From Alphaproteobacteria bacterium (GTDB lineage Bacteria > Pseudomonadota > Alphaproteobacteria > GCA-2731375), in the NCBI GenBank assembly GCA_965232515.1, contig CBDDPY010000002.1:2688001-2752000 (forward strand): a stretch of 64,000 nt of DNA, read 5' to 3'. Under the pieces are notes generated by a model. That model saw only the letters and a list, made by a program, of their open reading frames with translations, did no database searches and had not been told where the DNA came from. Shown one piece after another: positions 55,934 to 64,000 of this stretch. A program made the position numbers and the translations under genes. Within the stretch, counting starts at the first letter, position 1; each line of letters opens with the position of its first letter.

Positions 55934-55954
55934 CCGCCGGCAAGGCAAGCGACG

Positions 55955-56326
55955 TCAGTCGCAGTCCGGCACGCTTTCCAGATAGGCGATCAAATCGCGC
56001 CGTTCGGCCCAGTCCTTCACGCCTGCATAGCCCATCCGATTCCCCGGCACGATCGCACGCGGGTTTTCGAGAAATCCATCGAGCGTTTCACGGGTCCAGA
56101 CGATGCCGGATCGCGCCATGGCGCGCGAATACTTGAACCCCGGCACGTTGCCCGCAGCGCGGCCGATAAGACCGCAATGCCGCGGACCGGTGCGGTTGCG
56201 CTCGATCGAATGACAGGCGCCGCAGCGCTCATAGATGCGCGCGCCGTTTGCCGGATCGCCGCCGGCCGCGGCGGCCGGCGCGAGACCGGCCACCGCGAGC
56301 GCCAACGCGAACAGATAGCGAGACAT
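55955..56326 (-). CDS. class I cytochrome c (c2-like)
   Basis: Signal peptide, CGACH, GP..G..GR.AG, YS.AM and PGN.M.Y.G. Confidence 0.9.
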   Translation of the reverse strand: MSRYLFALALAVAGLAPAAAAGGDPANGARIYERCGACHSIERNRTGPRHCGLIGRAAGNVPGFKYSRAMARSGIVWTRETLDGFLENPRAIVPGNRMGYAGVKDWAERRDLIAYLESVPDCD

Positions 56327-56364
56327 GCCGCGTCGCTCAGCGGTCCGACAGGCGATGCCGACCG

Positions 56365-56958
56365 TCAGGACACAAAGGCGACGGGCACCGGATCTTCGCC
56401 CAGCGCCTGCCGCAGAACCGCCCAGTGCATGGCCTCGTCGCCCAGGATGCTGGCCGCCGCCTTCGACAGGTCGCGGTTGTGGAACAGCGGCACGGCGCCG
56501 AGATAGGCGCTGACGGCGCCCTTCTCCAACCCCGCGGCGAAGCGCAACACGTCGGCCTGGCTTTTCAGCCTGTCGACGGGAAAGTCGTAACTGGCGGCCG
56601 GATCAACCGGGTTGCCGCCGAGCTTGGCCACCGTCGACGCCAGCAGATCGGCATGCTCCTTGTGATGGCCCTGAAACTTCACCGCGACCTGCAGCACGGC
56701 CGGCTGCAAGAGACCGCTTTCGGCGCCGACCTGATAGGCGGCGATGGCTTCCTGCTCGGCGCCAAGCGCCGTATTCAGGATGGCGACGTCGTCGGCGACC
56801 ATCCGGGCGTCGCTGCCCTCGCCGGCGGCTATGCTCTCGCAGCCGGCCAGCAGCGCGACGGCGCCTGCCGACAGCATGGCCTCGCCAGTGCGCGCGAACA
56901 GAGAGCGCCGGGAGACCTCGACGATCGGCGTATCGGCGCTAATTTCGGCGTGTTGCAT
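56365..56958 (-). CDS. ferritin-like domain protein with Tat signal and lipobox
   Basis: SRRSLF...LAGC, then LNTAL.AE..A..AY, HKEH, LEKGAVSAY and DEAMH. AGGAGG RBS. Confidence 0.85.
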   Translation of the reverse strand: MQHAEISADTPIVEVSRRSLFARTGEAMLSAGAVALLAGCESIAAGEGSDARMVADDVAILNTALGAEQEAIAAYQVGAESGLLQPAVLQVAVKFQGHHKEHADLLASTVAKLGGNPVDPAASYDFPVDRLKSQADVLRFAAGLEKGAVSAYLGAVPLFHNRDLSKAAASILGDEAMHWAVLRQALGEDPVPVAFVS

Positions 56959-57085
56959 TGCTACCTCCTGTTTCGGTTTGCTTGGTTCGCCCGAGCCGCC
57001 GGGTTGCATGCAGGCGCGCTCGTGCCTCTCCGGCCGTGCGGCCGAATGACGATGTGCAATCAGGGAAGAAAAACGGCCGGAACGG

Positions 57086-57784
57086 TCAGCCTGGCGGCGC
57101 CAGCCCGAGCCGCTTCAGCACGGTATCGACGATGCGGTCGCAGTGGCGTCCGCCGAACGGAAAGGCATCCGTGATCGCCAGCTGGACCTCGCGGTGCAGC
57201 GTATTGCGCAGCGCGCGCTTGGCCCGGTGATAGCGGGTCTTCACCGTGTCCTTCGGTATGCCGAGGCAGTCGGCGGTCTCGTCGACACTGAACTCCTCGA
57301 CAGCGCGCAGCACGAAAACGGTTCGAAATGCCTGCGGCAGCGTATCAATCGCGGCCTCGATCAGGCTGCGAAGCTCGCTGCGTGCGACCGCCGCCTCGGG
57401 CGTCTCGGGACGGACGCCGAACGAGGCCGCGCCGCCGTCGCCGCCAGCCTCGTCCAGGCCGAGAAGCTGATGCAGGTCGACCGTCGGCCGCCGCTTGCGC
57501 AACCGGCCGAGCGCCTCGTTCACGGCGATCCGCACCAACCAGGTGGACAGGCTGGCGCGGCCGTCGAACCGGTCCAGCGCGGCAAAGGCCCTGACATAGG
57601 CTTCCTGTACAATGTCTTCCGCCTCTGCATCGTCCTTAACGATGCTGCGCGCCGCCCGGTAGAGACGCGCATTGTGTCGGCGCATGATCGCCTCGAATGC
57701 GACCGCGTCGCCGCGTACGGCCTTCGCCGCCAGATCGAGGTCCGATCCCGACGATCGATTTGCCCGAGTTGCCGCTTGCTGCAT
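57086..57784 (-). CDS. ECF RNA polymerase sigma factor
   Basis: EAEDIVQEAY, STWL.RIA.N, LP..FR.VF.LR and TVKTR motifs, with C-terminal tail FPFGGRHCDRIV. Start could be 57784, 57796 or 57823. Confidence 0.92.
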   Translation of the reverse strand: MQQAATRANRSSGSDLDLAAKAVRGDAVAFEAIMRRHNARLYRAARSIVKDDAEAEDIVQEAYVRAFAALDRFDGRASLSTWLVRIAVNEALGRLRKRRPTVDLHQLLGLDEAGGDGGAASFGVRPETPEAAVARSELRSLIEAAIDTLPQAFRTVFVLRAVEEFSVDETADCLGIPKDTVKTRYHRAKRALRNTLHREVQLAITDAFPFGGRHCDRIVDTVLKRLGLAPPG

Positions 57785-57822
57785 CCGACCAGCCACCCCC
57801 TCGTCAGTGTCATCCACAGACA

Positions 57823-57851
57823 TTAGACGCGGCAGCGGGAAATAAGTTCCC
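57823..57851 (-). promoter_or_regulatory. ECF-type promoter (likely autoregulatory)
   Basis: Minus strand GGGAAC-N16-CGTCTAA directly upstream of the ECF gene. Confidence 0.65.
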
Positions 57852-57871
57852 ACCGGATCGCCAGGCAGACG

Positions 57872-58426
57872 CTAAATCCGCTCGCCCTTGACCCTTTTGG
57901 TCAACTCGTCGATGGCCTGTTCGGCGTTGGGCAGGTGGGGATTGACGGCGAGCGCGCGTTCGTAGGCGTCGAGCGCCTTGTCCCATTCCTCGCGCTGGCT
58001 GTAGATCAGGCCGAGGCCGCTGAGCGCGCCGAAGTGGCGGGGTTCGAGCGCCAGCGTCTTCTCGACATCGGCGATCGATTCATCGAACCGCCCCATCATG
58101 TAGTAGAGCGTCGCGCGCTTGTTCCAGCCTTCGGCATAGTCCGGCTTGATCTCGACAATGCCGGACAGCAGGCCGACGCCCTCGGCAAAGCGGCCCTCGG
58201 ACATCGCCTTGACGCTGCGCTGCATCAGGAGATCGACCGTGTCGCTGCCCGACTGCATCCAGATGCCCCAGATCAGGTGCTCGATGGTGCGGGCCTCGCG
58301 GAGATCGCCGGTAACGAGCAGGCGCTGGAACAACTCGTCCAGCCGCGCATCCGTCTGGTCGGCCGATGCCGACGCGCCGCTTAGCAGCGGCACGACGAGC
58401 AGAATGGCGGCAAGCAGTCGGCGCAT
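57872..58426 (-). CDS. exported TPR protein
   Basis: Signal peptide, P.YAEGWNKRAT and LEPRHFGALSGLG. Confidence 0.88.
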   Translation of the reverse strand: MRRLLAAILLVVPLLSGASASADQTDARLDELFQRLLVTGDLREARTIEHLIWGIWMQSGSDTVDLLMQRSVKAMSEGRFAEGVGLLSGIVEIKPDYAEGWNKRATLYYMMGRFDESIADVEKTLALEPRHFGALSGLGLIYSQREEWDKALDAYERALAVNPHLPNAEQAIDELTKRVKGERI

Positions 58427-58473
58427 GTCCTAAAAGATAGGTGGCAAACCCGGCGACGAAAAGAGCCGGCCGT

Positions 58474-59766
58474 TCACGGCGTCGCGAGTCGGACCGGCTT
58501 GGGACCGCCTGTCGCCCAATCGAGCAGCTCGACGGTGTGCACCACAGGCAGCAGCGTGCCGGACTGAATTTGCACCATGCAGCCGATATTGCCGGCCGCG
58601 ACCACGTCGGGCGTCAGCCGCTCGATATTCGCGACCTTGCGGTCGCGAAGGCGGGTGGCGATCTCGGGCTGGGTCAGGTTGTAGGTGCCGGCGGAGCCGC
58701 AGCAGAGATGCCCTTCCGGCACGTCCAGGACCTGGAACCCGGCAGTCGCAAGCAGGGTTTTCGGCGTGGTTTTGATCTGCTGGCCGTGCTGCAGCGAGCA
58801 AGCCGAGTGATAGGCGACCTTCAGGTCGGCCGCGCCCGCCGCCCTGCGCAGGCCGAGATCCTGCATGAGCTCGGAGATATCGCGCGTGAGCTCCGATATC
58901 CGCCGCGCCTTGTCGGCATAGGCCGGGTCTTCGCGCAGCATGAAGCCGTAGTCCTTGACCGTGGTGCCGCAGCCCGACGCGTTCACCACGATAGCGTCGA
59001 GGCCGTCGCCGTCGAGCTCGGCTGTCCAGGCGTCGACGTTGGCGCGCACGCTGGCGAAGGCGGCCGCCTCCTGGCCCATGTGATGAGTCAAGGCTCCGCA
59101 GCAGCCGGCGCCACTCGCCACCACGACCTCGCAGCCGTGCCGGGTCAGCAGCCGGACGGTCGCCTCGTTGATGGCGGGGTCCAGGACCTGTTGCGCGCAG
59201 CCCGTCAGCAGCGCCACCCGCTTGCGGCGCGGGCCTTCGGCCGGGAAGACCTGCGGCCGGTCGACGGACGACGGCGACGTCAGGCGCGCCGGCGCCATGC
59301 CGACCATGCCTTTCAGCCGGCCCGGCAGCGCCCAGGCGAACGGCCGCGCCAGTTTGGCGCCGACCAACGCCAGCCGGAACAGGCCCGGCCGCGGCAACAC
59401 CAGCGCCAGCAGGCGCCGCAACAGCCGGTCCGGCAACGGCCGCACATACGTCTCCTCGATATGCTTGCGGGCGTGGTCGACCAGATGCATGTAGTGCACG
59501 CCCGACGGACAGGTCGACATGCAGGACAGGCACGAGAGGCAGCGGTCGATATGCTTGACGACCTTCTCGGTCGCCGGCGCGTCAGCCTCCAGCATGTTCT
59601 TGATGAGGTAAATGCGGCCGCGGGGGCTGTCGAGCTCATCGCCCAGCAGCACGTAGGTCGGGCAGGTCGCCGTGCAGAAGCCGCAATGCACGCAGGCCCG
59701 AAGGATCTTTTCGGATTCCTGGATGTCCGGATCGGCGAGCTGGATCAGCGAGAAGCTCGTCTGCAT
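58474..59766 (-). CDS. glcF: glycolate oxidase iron-sulfur subunit
   Basis: CVHCGFCTATCPTY, CLSCLSC...CP and CCG domains. Confidence 0.96.
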   Translation of the reverse strand: MQTSFSLIQLADPDIQESEKILRACVHCGFCTATCPTYVLLGDELDSPRGRIYLIKNMLEADAPATEKVVKHIDRCLSCLSCMSTCPSGVHYMHLVDHARKHIEETYVRPLPDRLLRRLLALVLPRPGLFRLALVGAKLARPFAWALPGRLKGMVGMAPARLTSPSSVDRPQVFPAEGPRRKRVALLTGCAQQVLDPAINEATVRLLTRHGCEVVVASGAGCCGALTHHMGQEAAAFASVRANVDAWTAELDGDGLDAIVVNASGCGTTVKDYGFMLREDPAYADKARRISELTRDISELMQDLGLRRAAGAADLKVAYHSACSLQHGQQIKTTPKTLLATAGFQVLDVPEGHLCCGSAGTYNLTQPEIATRLRDRKVANIERLTPDVVAAGNIGCMVQIQSGTLLPVVHTVELLDWATGGPKPVRLATP

Positions 59767-59770
59767 GGGC

Positions 59771-60991
59771 TCAAGGCTCCGCGAACATGCGACCGCGGTT
59801 CAGAATGTCGTGCGGATCGAAGCTTTCCTTCACGCGCCGCGAGAGCGCGGCCAGCGCCGCCGGCTGCGGCTGAAACACCGGCACCTTCCAGCGCACATAG
59901 GCCGGCGCCCGCATCAGCGTCGCATGCCCCTCGCCGCCGACGGCGTCGCGCACGATCGTATGGTGCGCGTCCTCGGCCGACGCCAGCGACAGCCAGACCA
60001 GGCCGCCGGCCCAGTCGAACAGCGCCCGGCCGTCGGTCTGGCCCAGGATGCGGCCGACGATGCCCGGCGCCGCCGTCGGCGTCAGGGACAGCTTCCAGAC
60101 ATTGCCGTCCTGGTCGCCCAACAGCGGCTGCACGTCGCGGATTTCCGTCCATAGGGTGCGGGAGTTCTGGCTGTGCAATTCCTCGACCGCTCCGAAGCCG
60201 CCCAGCTCCTCGCGCAAGGCCCGGCAACGATGGTCGACCGACGGTCCCGGCCCCTCGACGCGGACGGCGGTGACCGCGGCGCCGGCGCCGGCCACATAGC
60301 TGACCGACGAGTCAGTCGCAACGGCGGCCGGCAGATGCGCCAGGCCGCTGACCTCATGCGGGCTGCCGCCGGCCTGCGACAGCGCAGCGACGGCGGTCTC
60401 GTCGTCGAGTCCGAAGACCAGGACCGTGCGGGTCTTCTCCGGCGCCGGCAGCACCTTGACGGTGACGTCGGTCATGGCGGCGAGCGTGCCGTAGCTGCCG
60501 GCCAGCAGCTTGCAGAGATCGTAGCCGGTGACGTTCTTGACCACCCGGCCGCCCGATTTGACGGCGTCGCCCCGGCCGCTGACGGCCTTAATGCCGAGGA
60601 AATGATCGCGGGCCGCGCCCGATCTGATGCGCCGTGGCCCGGACAGGTTCGCGGCGATCATGCCGCCCAGCGTCTGCGCGCCGGCGGCACCGCCGAGCAG
60701 CGGGCCGTAGTCGGCCGGCTCGAAAGCGAGCTGTTGCCGGTTCTGCGACAGCAGGCCCTCGATCTCGACCAGCGGGGTGCCGGCGCCGGCCGTCAGCACC
60801 AGCTCGTCCGGTTCGTAGAGACTGACGCCCGAGAGGCCCGAGAGGTCCAGCACGTGCTCGCCGGCCGTCGGCCGGCCCAGCGCGCGCTTGCTGCCCCCGC
60901 CGACGATTTCGAGCGGCGTCTCCTCGGCAATAGCCCAGCGCACGCAGTCCAATGCTTGCGCGGCATCGGCGGGCGTCAGACGTTCCGCCAT
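59771..60991 (-). CDS. glcE: glycolate oxidase FAD-binding subunit
   Basis: YEPDELV, SGPRR, GGRVVKNVTGYDL and FDP..ILN.GR motifs. Confidence 0.95.
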   Translation of the reverse strand: MAERLTPADAAQALDCVRWAIAEETPLEIVGGGSKRALGRPTAGEHVLDLSGLSGVSLYEPDELVLTAGAGTPLVEIEGLLSQNRQQLAFEPADYGPLLGGAAGAQTLGGMIAANLSGPRRIRSGAARDHFLGIKAVSGRGDAVKSGGRVVKNVTGYDLCKLLAGSYGTLAAMTDVTVKVLPAPEKTRTVLVFGLDDETAVAALSQAGGSPHEVSGLAHLPAAVATDSSVSYVAGAGAAVTAVRVEGPGPSVDHRCRALREELGGFGAVEELHSQNSRTLWTEIRDVQPLLGDQDGNVWKLSLTPTAAPGIVGRILGQTDGRALFDWAGGLVWLSLASAEDAHHTIVRDAVGGEGHATLMRAPAYVRWKVPVFQPQPAALAALSRRVKESFDPHDILNRGRMFAEP

Positions 60992-60992
60992 C

Positions 60993-62480
60993 CTAGAATC
61001 GCGGCAGATCGGGGAACGGGATCTGGCCGCGGCTGATATGCATGCGGCCGAGCTCGGCGCAGCGGTGCAACTGCGGAAAGACCTTGCCCGGATTCAGACG
61101 CTGGTCCGGATCGAAGGCGCATTTCACCCGTTGCTGCTGCTTCAGATCGTCCTCGTTGAACATGGTTTCCATCAGGTCGCGCTTCTCGACGCCGACGCCA
61201 TGCTCGCCGGTGAGCACGCCGCCGACCTCGACGCAGAGCTTGAGAATGTCGGCGCCGAATTCCTCGGCCTTCTCCAGCTCGCCGGGCTCATTCGCATCGT
61301 AGAGGATCAGCGGATGCAGATTGCCGTCGCCGGCATGGAACACATTGGCGACGCGGAGCCCGTATTTCTTCGACATCTCGGTCATGCGGGCCAGCACGAC
61401 GGGCAGCTGCTTGCGCGGGATGGTGCCGTCCATGCAGTAGTAGTCCGGGCTGATGCGGCCGACGGCGGGAAAGGCCGCCTTGCGGCCGGCCCAGAACTGC
61501 AGGCGCTCCTCCTCGCTCTCGCTGACCCGCAGGCTGACGGCGCCGCAGGCCTCAGCGAGGCCGCGGACGGTCTCGATCAGGTGGTCGACCTCGACCTGCG
61601 GTCCGTCGAGCTCGACGATCAGGATCGCCTCGACGTCAAGCGGGTAGCCCGGATGACAGAAGGCCTCGGCGGCGTGGATGGCATCGCGGTCCATCATCTC
61701 GATGCCGCCCGGAATGATGCCGCCGCCGATGATCCGGCCGACGCAGTCGCCGGCCGCCTCGTTGCTGGGAAAGCCGATCAAGAGGGCGCGCGCGGTCTCG
61801 GGCTTTTTCAGAATGCGCACCGTGACCTCGGTGATGACGCCGAGCAAGCCCTCGGAGCCGGTCATCAGGCCGAGCAGGTCGTAGCCTTCGGAGTCCAGGT
61901 GCTTACCGCCGAGGCGCAGCACCTCGCCGGTCATCAGCACGACTTCCAGGCCGAGGATGTTGTTCGTGGTCAGTCCGTATTTCAGGCAATGCACGCCGCC
62001 GGAATTCTCCGCCACATTGCCGCCGATGGTGCAGGCGATCTGGCTCGACGGATCGGGCGCGTAATAGAAGCCGGCATGCTCGACGGCGTTGGTGATGCCG
62101 AGATTGGTGACGCCCGGCTGCGCCCGCACGCAGCGGTTCTCGAAATCGATCTCCAGGATCCGGTTGAACTTGCCGAGGCCGAGAATGATGCCGTCGGCGA
62201 GCGGCAGGGCGCCGCCCGACAGCGAGGTGCCGGCGCCGCGCGGCACCACCTTGACACCGCGTTCGCCGCAGAGCTTGAGAACATCGGCGACTTGCGGGAC
62301 GGTCTCGGGCAGGACCACCGCCAGCGGCGCCTGTCGGTAGGCCGTCAGACCGTCACTTTCGTAGGCGCGGAGCTCCTGATCGTCGGCGATCACCCCCTCG
62401 CCCGGCACGATCTGGCGCAGCGCCGCGATCAGCTCGGCGGCTTGCGCGATGGTCCCGGCATCGGGTTCCGGCATGCGCAT
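60993..62480 (-). CDS. glcD: glycolate oxidase subunit
   Basis: PRGAGT.LSGG, APDPSSQ, HAGDGNLHP and GEHGVG motifs. Confidence 0.95.
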   Translation of the reverse strand: MRMPEPDAGTIAQAAELIAALRQIVPGEGVIADDQELRAYESDGLTAYRQAPLAVVLPETVPQVADVLKLCGERGVKVVPRGAGTSLSGGALPLADGIILGLGKFNRILEIDFENRCVRAQPGVTNLGITNAVEHAGFYYAPDPSSQIACTIGGNVAENSGGVHCLKYGLTTNNILGLEVVLMTGEVLRLGGKHLDSEGYDLLGLMTGSEGLLGVITEVTVRILKKPETARALLIGFPSNEAAGDCVGRIIGGGIIPGGIEMMDRDAIHAAEAFCHPGYPLDVEAILIVELDGPQVEVDHLIETVRGLAEACGAVSLRVSESEEERLQFWAGRKAAFPAVGRISPDYYCMDGTIPRKQLPVVLARMTEMSKKYGLRVANVFHAGDGNLHPLILYDANEPGELEKAEEFGADILKLCVEVGGVLTGEHGVGVEKRDLMETMFNEDDLKQQQRVKCAFDPDQRLNPGKVFPQLHRCAELGRMHISRGQIPFPDLPRF

Positions 62481-62552
62481 CGGCCCGGTCCCCTCCCTTG
62501 ATTATCGGCCCGTCGACCGTTTCAGGGAGGAATGTAGGCGATGGCGGCAAAT

Positions 62553-62588
62553 TTGCCAATTAATGGAAACGATTTCGCAATACGGAAA
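62553..62588. promoter_or_regulatory. candidate IclR-family operators upstream of glcD
   Basis: ttgccaattaatggaaa and tttcgcaatacggaa. The stretch tggaaacgatttc also resembles the E. coli IclR box TGGAAATNATTTCCA. Confidence 0.55.
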
Positions 62589-62615
62589 ATAAAAATCCGC
62601 CCGGAGCGGGCGGAT
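62586..62615 (-). terminator. rho-independent terminator of rpmJ
   Basis: Stem atccgccc/gggcggat followed on the minus strand by ttttatttt. Confidence 0.7.
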
Positions 62616-62652
62616 CTCGGTCGTTCCGTCGGGCGCCGCAGCGCCCGGACAG

Positions 62653-62778
62653 TCAGCCTTGACGGGCCTTGAACCGGCGGTTGGTCTTGTTGATGACGTA
62701 CACGCGGCCCTTGCGACGCACAACCCGGCAGTCGCGGTGGCGCTTTTTGACCGATTTCAGCGAATTGACGACCTTCAT
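62653..62778 (-). CDS. rpmJ: 50S ribosomal protein L36 (type B, Zn-independent)
   Basis: [41 protein letters not shown], 41 aa. Not in the ORF track. Confidence 0.95.
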   Translation of the reverse strand: MKVVNSLKSVKKRHRDCRVVRRKGRVYVINKTNRRFKARQG

Positions 62779-62866
62779 GGCCCGAACTCCGTCTGCACCT
62801 CACCCATGAGGCGGCGGCAAACTACTGATCCGGCCGGCGTCTGTCAACAAAGGGCGCGCCAAATCG

Positions 62867-63880
62867 CTAGTCCTCGCCGCCGCCCTCCTCGGGCAGCTGG
62901 GCGTGGGCCAGAAATACGCCGACCTCGCCGCTTTCGATGGCGGCGACGCGTTTGGACCAGAGATCGACCTCCCAGAGCAGCCACTTCTTCTGACGCGGCT
63001 GCAGCGGCATGCTCTGCAACGACTTGGAGAACTCCTTCAGCGTCTTTAGTACGCGCTTGGCATATTGGTCGCTGATTTCGTCGGCGGTGCGGACCTTGAA
63101 GCCGAAATAGCCCATGATGTTGCGCATCTCGATGGCCTCGATCAGATGCGGATTATCGGGCTGCATGGCGCGCCAGGCCTCGACGGCCGGGTCTTTCGGC
63201 TCGGGCGTCTTCAGCATGAAATCGACATAGAGGAACTGACCGCCCGGCTTCAGGAACTCGACCAGCCGACCGAGCAGCGGCGGTTTATTCTGAATGGTAT
63301 AGAGCGACTCGCGGGCGATGACGGCATCGAGCGACTGGGCCGGCACCTCCATCTCCATGATCGACTCGTTCACGATCTTGACCCAGGCATCGAGCCGCTC
63401 GTTCACGACGAACCCGCCGGCCGCCTCGGCGAGGCACGGATCCGGCTCGACGCAGGTCACGCGGGCGCCGGTATGGCTGCCGATCAGGCGCCCCAGCGGC
63501 GCGAGGCCGGCGCCCAGCTCCAGCACCTTCATCTGATCGGTCAGCTCCAGCCGGTCGGTGAGCGCCCGGATTTCCGAGGCAATGCCCGGCAGATGCCGGC
63601 CTTGGCCGAACATGCGCTGCACCGTCTCGATGCGCTGTGGGGTCCAGTGATCGACCTCGCCCGGCATCGGCGACTCGGGGAAATCGTCAGACGGTGGGAT
63701 ATCGGCGGCAACCGCCGCCTCGCTGGCGTCATCGGCCGCACCGCCCGGCGCCGCGCTGTCGATCAGATCGGAGACGTCGCAGCCCTCCCACCAGGCGCGA
63801 AACCTGGTGCCGAGGGAGACCTTCAATTCGGCGCCATCTTCGTCCCCAGAGCCGGGACGAAATGCCTGCAACATGCCCAT
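62867..63880 (-). CDS. class I SAM-dependent methyltransferase
   Basis: VLELGAGL motif I, LDAVI and LKPGGQ, with an N-terminal extension containing RFRAWWEG. Confidence 0.85.
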   Translation of the reverse strand: MGMLQAFRPGSGDEDGAELKVSLGTRFRAWWEGCDVSDLIDSAAPGGAADDASEAAVAADIPPSDDFPESPMPGEVDHWTPQRIETVQRMFGQGRHLPGIASEIRALTDRLELTDQMKVLELGAGLAPLGRLIGSHTGARVTCVEPDPCLAEAAGGFVVNERLDAWVKIVNESIMEMEVPAQSLDAVIARESLYTIQNKPPLLGRLVEFLKPGGQFLYVDFMLKTPEPKDPAVEAWRAMQPDNPHLIEAIEMRNIMGYFGFKVRTADEISDQYAKRVLKTLKEFSKSLQSMPLQPRQKKWLLWEVDLWSKRVAAIESGEVGVFLAHAQLPEEGGGED

Positions 63881-63944
63881 CGGATCCTTCTTGCCGGTTT
63901 CCGGCCAGCGCAGCAAATCCGACGCTAAAATGCAGGATAAGGCT

Positions 63945-63977
63945 TTAAGCCCAGGTAAATGCTTTATGCCGCGTTAA
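63945..63977. promoter_or_regulatory. two CtrA-like boxes
   Basis: TTAA-N7-TAAA (63945-63959) and TTTA-N7-TTAA (63963-63977), each one mismatch from TTAA-N7-TTAA. Confidence 0.5.
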
Positions 63978-64000
63978 GGAAGCGCTTATACAACCCTCAA

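Noticed and set aside
53084-55948. 954-aa ORF suggesting a fusion protein
   Set aside because: Only the last 257 aa (the SDR) are real; the rest is antisense to the aldehyde dehydrogenase and acidic-protein genes.
62583-62599. cggaaaataaaaatccg as a separate palindromic operator
   Set aside because: It is better explained as the U-tract and stem of the rpmJ terminator.

Overview
GC-rich chromosomal window from an alphaproteobacterium. Rhodospirillales-like affinity is inferred from gene content: split pntAa/pntAb/pntB, ctaH, GapR/DUF2312, a DgcA-like GGDEF protein, a TacA-like sigma54 activator and type-B L36. It holds about 63 mostly housekeeping or metabolic genes, including purEK, COQ9-def-rpsU, pnt, aarF-pepF, a fused IOR, a copper ATPase with cytochrome c, an amidohydrolase/YbdK/DUF1244/GapR cluster, an IclR regulator with glycerate kinase and pyk, livHMGF-livK, glcDEF and several SDRs. 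I saw no tRNA, rRNA, CRISPR array, transposase or integrase. The most notable items are: (1) a complete sigma54 promoter architecture (enhancer palindrome, IHF-like site, -24/-12) in front of an unlisted 38-48 aa membrane peptide next to the TacA-like activator; (2) an apparently autoregulated ECF sigma factor without an anti-sigma, followed by a Tat-lipoprotein ferritin-like protein and a cytochrome c; (3) a shared operator motif linking glcDEF with glycerate kinase and the IclR regulator; (4) an AT-rich orphan membrane-protein gene; (5) three families of REP-like palindromic repeats; (6) a CueR-type promoter, CtrA-like boxes and two candidate non-canonical start codons. All calls come from reading the sequence; no searches were run.
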